Assembly (NCBI GenBank): GCA_038256885.1
Contig: JBBSJW010000003.1
Location: 5,273-69,272, forward strand
Reading direction: 5' to 3'
Source of the DNA: Propionibacteriales bacterium
GTDB taxonomy: Bacteria; Actinomycetota; Actinomycetes; Propionibacteriales; Nocardioidaceae
DNA: 64,000 bases
Within the stretch, counting starts at the first letter, position 1. The number at the start of each line of letters is the position of its first letter. The notes beneath the pieces are model-generated. The model searched no databases, was not told where the DNA came from, and worked only from the letters and a program-made list of their open reading frames with translations. Positions 59,914 through 64,000 of the stretch are shown here, piece by piece. A program made the position numbers and the translations under genes.

Positions 59914-62133
59914 TCAGAAGAAGTCCGGGCGCCGCTCGTCGTCACCGGTGTCCTCGTCCTCGGCGGGCGCGTCTTCGTCGGGTTCGCTCTTGGGCGTCCG
60001 CGTGGTCGGCTGACGCTCGGGCGGCGGGTCGAAGTTGGACGGCTCCAAGTAGTCCTGGACCACGCCCATCGCCTTCTTCCACATTGGGCCGGCCAATGAG
60101 CTGCCGCCGACGATGCTGAAGTTGAGCAATCGACCGTTGATCGTCACGCCCTCCAACGACTTCGGAATGCCCTTGTTGCTGACACCGGCGATCATGGCTG
60201 CCGTGGAGAGCTCGGGCGTGTAGCCGCTGTACCAGACGGCCTTGCTGTTCTGGGTCGTTCCGGTCTTTGCTGCAGAGGGAATTCGCAAGGCAGTTCCGAA
60301 GGCAAAGCCGAAGCCACCGGGCTGCTGGACGCCGCGGAGGATGTCGTTGATCTGTGCCGCTTCGTCCTTGGAGAGGACTCGCTCGCACTCGGGCTTGTAC
60401 TTCTTGACGTCCCTGCCCTTGAGATCCACGATCGAGGCGACCGGCATGGGCTTGCAGTACAAGCCACCCGAAGCGGGAGTCGCGTACGCGGCCGCCATGT
60501 CGAGCGGGCTCACGTCGGTGACGCCGAGGGTGAAGGGGCCTACCTGGTTGGTGATCGGAGCAGGTCGCCCCTTCGAGTCCTTGTTGTCGGGGTCGAACGG
60601 GACGACGATGCCCATCGACTCGGCGGCCCTGACCGTGTTGCAGAGGCCGGCGTCGCGCTCGAGCTGTGCGAAATAGGTGTTCACCGAACGCCTGGTGCCG
60701 GTGTACATGTTCATGTTGCCGTTGCCGGTTGAGTTCTTGACATCCCACGCGGCGGTGCCGCCACCCTCGCAGTCGAAGTAGGTGCCCGCGGGCATCCGCA
60801 GCCGGGCCGGCGACCTGTAGGTCTTGCCGACATCGATGCCGCCCTTGAGGGCGGCCGCGACAGTGAACATCTTGAACGTCGAGCCTGCGGGGAATCCGCC
60901 GGAGTCGCCGTACTTGCGCGGGACCGTGAAGTTGATGAACGACTGCCCCTTCTTCTTGTCGCGACCCATTGGCCGTGACTGGGCAAGCGCTCGGACCTTG
61001 CCGGTGCCGGGCTCGACCATCGCCATACCGGCAATTGCCTTGTCCTTGGGGTCCACGGTCGACTTGACCGCGCTGTTGGCAGCCTTCTGCATGCGCAGAT
61101 CGAAATTGGTCTTGATCGTCAGGCCTCCGCGTTCGAGCGTGACCTTGCGCGCCGCCACGGTCGCGCCGAGCGCAGGCTCTTGCAAGAGGTAGCGGCGTAC
61201 GTAGTCGCAGGAGAAGGCCGCAACCGAGCTGACGCAGCCGTTGGGGAACTTGGTGATCTTGAGTCCGAGGGTCTTGGCTGACTCCTTCTCGGCCTCGCTG
61301 CTCGTGAGGGCCCCCAGTCGCTTCATCACGGCGAGCACCGTGTTTCGTCGCTGCAGGGCGCGTTCGGGATAGACGCGCGGGTCGAACTCGACCGGGTTCT
61401 TGACCAGGCCTGCGAGCGTCGCCGCCTGGGTGAGGGTCAGCTTGTCAGGACTCTTGGAGAAGTAGTGGAACGCGGCGGCCTGGACTCCGTAGGCGCCGTC
61501 ACCGAAGTAGGCGATGTTGAGATAGCGCTCAAGGATTTCCTTCTTGGTGTGCTCGCGCTCGTACGAGATGGCCAGCTTGAGCTCGCGTGCCTTGCGCGCC
61601 AGGGAAGTCTCGGTTGCGGCGATGCGCTCTTCCTTGGTGGTGGCCTGCGACAGCAGGGTCAGCTTGACCAGCTGTTGGGTGATCGTCGAACCACCCTGGG
61701 TCTGTCCCTCGGAGGCGTTGTTGACGGCTGCGCGGATGGTGCCCTTGAGGTCGAGCGCGCCGTGCTCGAAGAACCGCGAGTCCTCAATCGCGAGTATTGC
61801 CTCCTGCATGACCGCAGCGATCTTCTTGAGAGGAACGTCCTGGCGGTTCTCCTTGTAGAAGTACGCCATCAGCTCACCGTTGGATGCGAGCAGCCGCGTG
61901 GTCTGCGAGTTGGGCCGATCCTCGAGCTCCAGCGGCAGGTTGACCAGGTCGTTCGTGACGTTGTTGCCGGTGACGACGACGAATGCGGTGGTCGGAATCA
62001 GGATCGCGGCGATGGCGGCACCGGCGAGCGCGGACAGCCGGGCCATCGACACCACGGCGCCCGCGGTGGTCCGGGGACGTTTGCCGGACTGTACGAGCCT
62101 GCGCAATGAATCGCCGAAGTCCTCCCGAGCCAT
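59914..62133 (-). CDS. ponA: Class A penicillin-binding protein (PonA2-like)
   Basis: AIEDSRF, QGGSTITQQLVK, YLNIAYFG, GSTFK (SxxK), SVN, KTGT. Confidence 0.93.
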   Translation of the reverse strand: MAREDFGDSLRRLVQSGKRPRTTAGAVVSMARLSALAGAAIAAILIPTTAFVVVTGNNVTNDLVNLPLELEDRPNSQTTRLLASNGELMAYFYKENRQDVPLKKIAAVMQEAILAIEDSRFFEHGALDLKGTIRAAVNNASEGQTQGGSTITQQLVKLTLLSQATTKEERIAATETSLARKARELKLAISYEREHTKKEILERYLNIAYFGDGAYGVQAAAFHYFSKSPDKLTLTQAATLAGLVKNPVEFDPRVYPERALQRRNTVLAVMKRLGALTSSEAEKESAKTLGLKITKFPNGCVSSVAAFSCDYVRRYLLQEPALGATVAARKVTLERGGLTIKTNFDLRMQKAANSAVKSTVDPKDKAIAGMAMVEPGTGKVRALAQSRPMGRDKKKGQSFINFTVPRKYGDSGGFPAGSTFKMFTVAAALKGGIDVGKTYRSPARLRMPAGTYFDCEGGGTAAWDVKNSTGNGNMNMYTGTRRSVNTYFAQLERDAGLCNTVRAAESMGIVVPFDPDNKDSKGRPAPITNQVGPFTLGVTDVSPLDMAAAYATPASGGLYCKPMPVASIVDLKGRDVKKYKPECERVLSKDEAAQINDILRGVQQPGGFGFAFGTALRIPSAAKTGTTQNSKAVWYSGYTPELSTAAMIAGVSNKGIPKSLEGVTINGRLLNFSIVGGSSLAGPMWKKAMGVVQDYLEPSNFDPPPERQPTTRTPKSEPDEDAPAEDEDTGDDERRPDFF

Positions 62134-62305
62134 GTCAGTCAGGGTACGTGATGTGTGTAAATCGGGCGTTTCAAGGGGAAAGGTCTAGCCAATTAGGACT
62201 ACACAAGATGATCACGAACGGTCTGACATCTCTGATGGCACGTTCCTAGATTGAGTTCACGGACTCACTTCGGCCACCTGGGCCGGTCTCGGGGAGGTTC
62301 ACATC

Positions 62306-62566
62306 ATGCAGTGGAACGAAAACTGGGCGGCACAGGCCGCATGTCGTGGAAAGTCTGACGCGCTGTACGTCAAGGGTGCCGAGCAGAATCGCGCCAAGCA
62401 GCTGTGCTCAACGTGTCACGTACGCGCCGAGTGCCTTGCTGAGGCGCTGGACAACCGCATCGAGTGGGGTGTCTGGGGCGGAATGACCGAGCGCGAGCGT
62501 CGTGCGCTGCTGCGTCGCCGGCCCAACGTCACGGCCTGGCGCAACATCCTCCAGGTCGCTTCCTAG
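62306..62566 (+). CDS. whiB4: WhiB family regulator WhiB4/WblA
   Basis: Four Cys (C-x20-CxxC-x5-C), EWGVWGGMTERERR; located between ponA2 and the ArsA pair. Confidence 0.9.
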   Translation: MQWNENWAAQAACRGKSDALYVKGAEQNRAKQLCSTCHVRAECLAEALDNRIEWGVWGGMTERERRALLRRRPNVTAWRNILQVAS

Positions 62567-63762
62567 TCCTTCTTTGCGAGCAGCTCGCCGATCTCGCGCA
62601 GTCCGTCGAGGTCGTGGACGTCTCCGGCGAGCGCTGCGACTGACACAGTCGGCACGCCACCATGTGCAGCTGCGAACCTTGACTTCAGTCGCGACTCGCG
62701 AGCCGACACCTTGAGTCGTGCAGCATGGATCGCCAGAAGATCAGCTGTGACCTGATCCGTCATGCTCCCCGAAGCGAGGCGACGTCCGGCTGACTCCGCA
62801 TCGGCGGCCGTGATCCCCTGGGCGCCCTTGTCGTGCACACGGTTGATGACCAGACCAGCGAGAGGCATGCTCTCCCCCGCGAGCCGCTCGACGAAGTACG
62901 ACGCCTCGCGCATGGCGGCAGGCTCGGGTGAAGCAACGACCAGGAATGCCGTCTCCTCAGCCTGCAGGAGCGCGTACGTCCCCTCGGCTCGCTGTCTGAA
63001 CCCGCCGAACAGCGTGTCGAACGCAGCGATGAACGTCTGCATGTCCGTGAGCACCTGGGCTCCGAGTACCTTGTTGAGCGCGCCGGTGACGATCCCGAAC
63101 CCGGCCGTCAGCAGCTTGGCCGGACCCTTGGCCGGAGCGAGCAACAACTTGATGAACCGGCCGTCGAGCATCGACGAGAGCCGTTCGGGTGCATCGAGGA
63201 AGTCAAGGGCAGATCGCGACGGGGGAGTGTCGACGATGATCAGGTCCCAACGATGGTCGTCGCCGACCGCCTCGGCGTGCAGCTGGCCAAGCTTCTCCAT
63301 CGCCATGTACTCCTGTGTGCCCGCGAACGAGCTCGACAGCGCCAGGTAGAACGGGTTGTTGAGGATCTGCGCGGCCTTCTCCGGCGATGCCTGCTGCTCG
63401 ACGACTTCGTCGAACGTGCGCTTCATGTCGAGCATCATCGCGTCGAGCGTGCCGGGCCCGCCGCTGACGCCCTTGACGGGTCGCGGGGTGTTGTCGAGCT
63501 CCGTCAGTCCCATCGACTGGGCGAGGCGACGAGCTGGGTCAATCGTGAGAACGCACACCTTGCGACCCTGCTCAGCGGCCCGGAGTCCCAGCGCTGCAGC
63601 GGTCGTGGTCTTGCCGACACCACCGGAGCCGCAGCACACGATGATCTCGGTCTTACGGTCTGCGAGGAGAGCGTCGATGTCGAGGGTGCCCGTGGCCATC
63701 CCGGACATTCCACGTGGGGTGGCCTTCACCTTGCGAGGAGGTGGAGCCTTCTTGGGGCTCAT
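62563..63762 (-). CDS. ArsA-family ATPase (Rv3680-like)
   Basis: GSGGVGKTT, TIDPARRLA, GTQEYMA, DTPPSR; ATG 63762 overlaps the mini-ORF stop. Confidence 0.9.
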   Translation of the reverse strand: MSPKKAPPPRKVKATPRGMSGMATGTLDIDALLADRKTEIIVCCGSGGVGKTTTAAALGLRAAEQGRKVCVLTIDPARRLAQSMGLTELDNTPRPVKGVSGGPGTLDAMMLDMKRTFDEVVEQQASPEKAAQILNNPFYLALSSSFAGTQEYMAMEKLGQLHAEAVGDDHRWDLIIVDTPPSRSALDFLDAPERLSSMLDGRFIKLLLAPAKGPAKLLTAGFGIVTGALNKVLGAQVLTDMQTFIAAFDTLFGGFRQRAEGTYALLQAEETAFLVVASPEPAAMREASYFVERLAGESMPLAGLVINRVHDKGAQGITAADAESAGRRLASGSMTDQVTADLLAIHAARLKVSARESRLKSRFAAAHGGVPTVSVAALAGDVHDLDGLREIGELLAKKD

Positions 63763-63845
63763 GCCATCACGCCCCATAAGAAGCCACGGTAGGGGCGCAA
63801 TGGCATGACTGCTCCTTGATGATGAGCTCGCTGGCGCTCGCTCAT
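63759..63845 (-). repeat. Family B repeat forming a 28-aa bridging mini-ORF between the two ArsA-like genes
   Basis: MSERQRAHHQGAVMPLRPYRGFLWGVMA*; ATGA overlaps at both ends; homologous to 8407-8490. Confidence 0.8.
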
Positions 63846-64000
63846 GCGACACCCTCGCTCTTGAGAGTCTCGGCGAGCTCGAAGAGCGCGCCGAGGTCGA
63901 TGCCGTCCGGGAGCGACTGGAGCTCGATCAGCGGCTGGCCACAGTCGACCAGGAGCTCGCGCTGGCTCTCCTGAAGATCCTGACGCTTCAGGCTCGCGAC
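63842..64000 (-). CDS. 3' end of the upstream ArsA-related ATPase (Rv3679-like, partial)
   Basis: ...LIELQSLPDGIDLGALFELAETLKSEGVA*; expected partner in the whiB4 locus. Confidence 0.7.
   Translation of the reverse strand, partial: VASLKRQDLQESQRELLVDCGQPLIELQSLPDGIDLGALFELAETLKSEGVA

Overview
High-GC (roughly 65%) actinobacterial chromosome segment, probably Nocardioidaceae (Aeromicrobium/Nocardioides-like; inferred from gene content). It is mostly core and metabolic genes: pfk, an Atu/Liu-like acyl-CoA catabolic operon, a HelD-like helicase, a PhzE-like TrpE-G fusion, mprAB-htrA with MprA boxes, a 2-oxoacid dehydrogenase E1a/E1b/E2 operon, a DUF222/HNH gene, tRNA-Ser(GGA), SRP RNA, dnaX, a PabB-PabC-PabA triple fusion, recR, ask-asd, tRNA-Pro(CGG), ponA2, whiB4 and paired ArsA-like ATPases. 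I saw no integrase, transposase, prophage or CRISPR array. The most unusual signal is a set of small structured repeats, most with tandem G.A hairpins. At four operon junctions (8407-8490, 12212-12286, 56217-56312, 63759-63845) a repeat forms a 24-31 aa mini-ORF. Each starts at, or 1 nt after, the upstream stop codon and ends overlapping the downstream start codon, so it could relay translational coupling. A related 46-bp element whose differences are all compensatory sits in-frame, in the same frame, in linkers of two unrelated proteins (10602, 50301).
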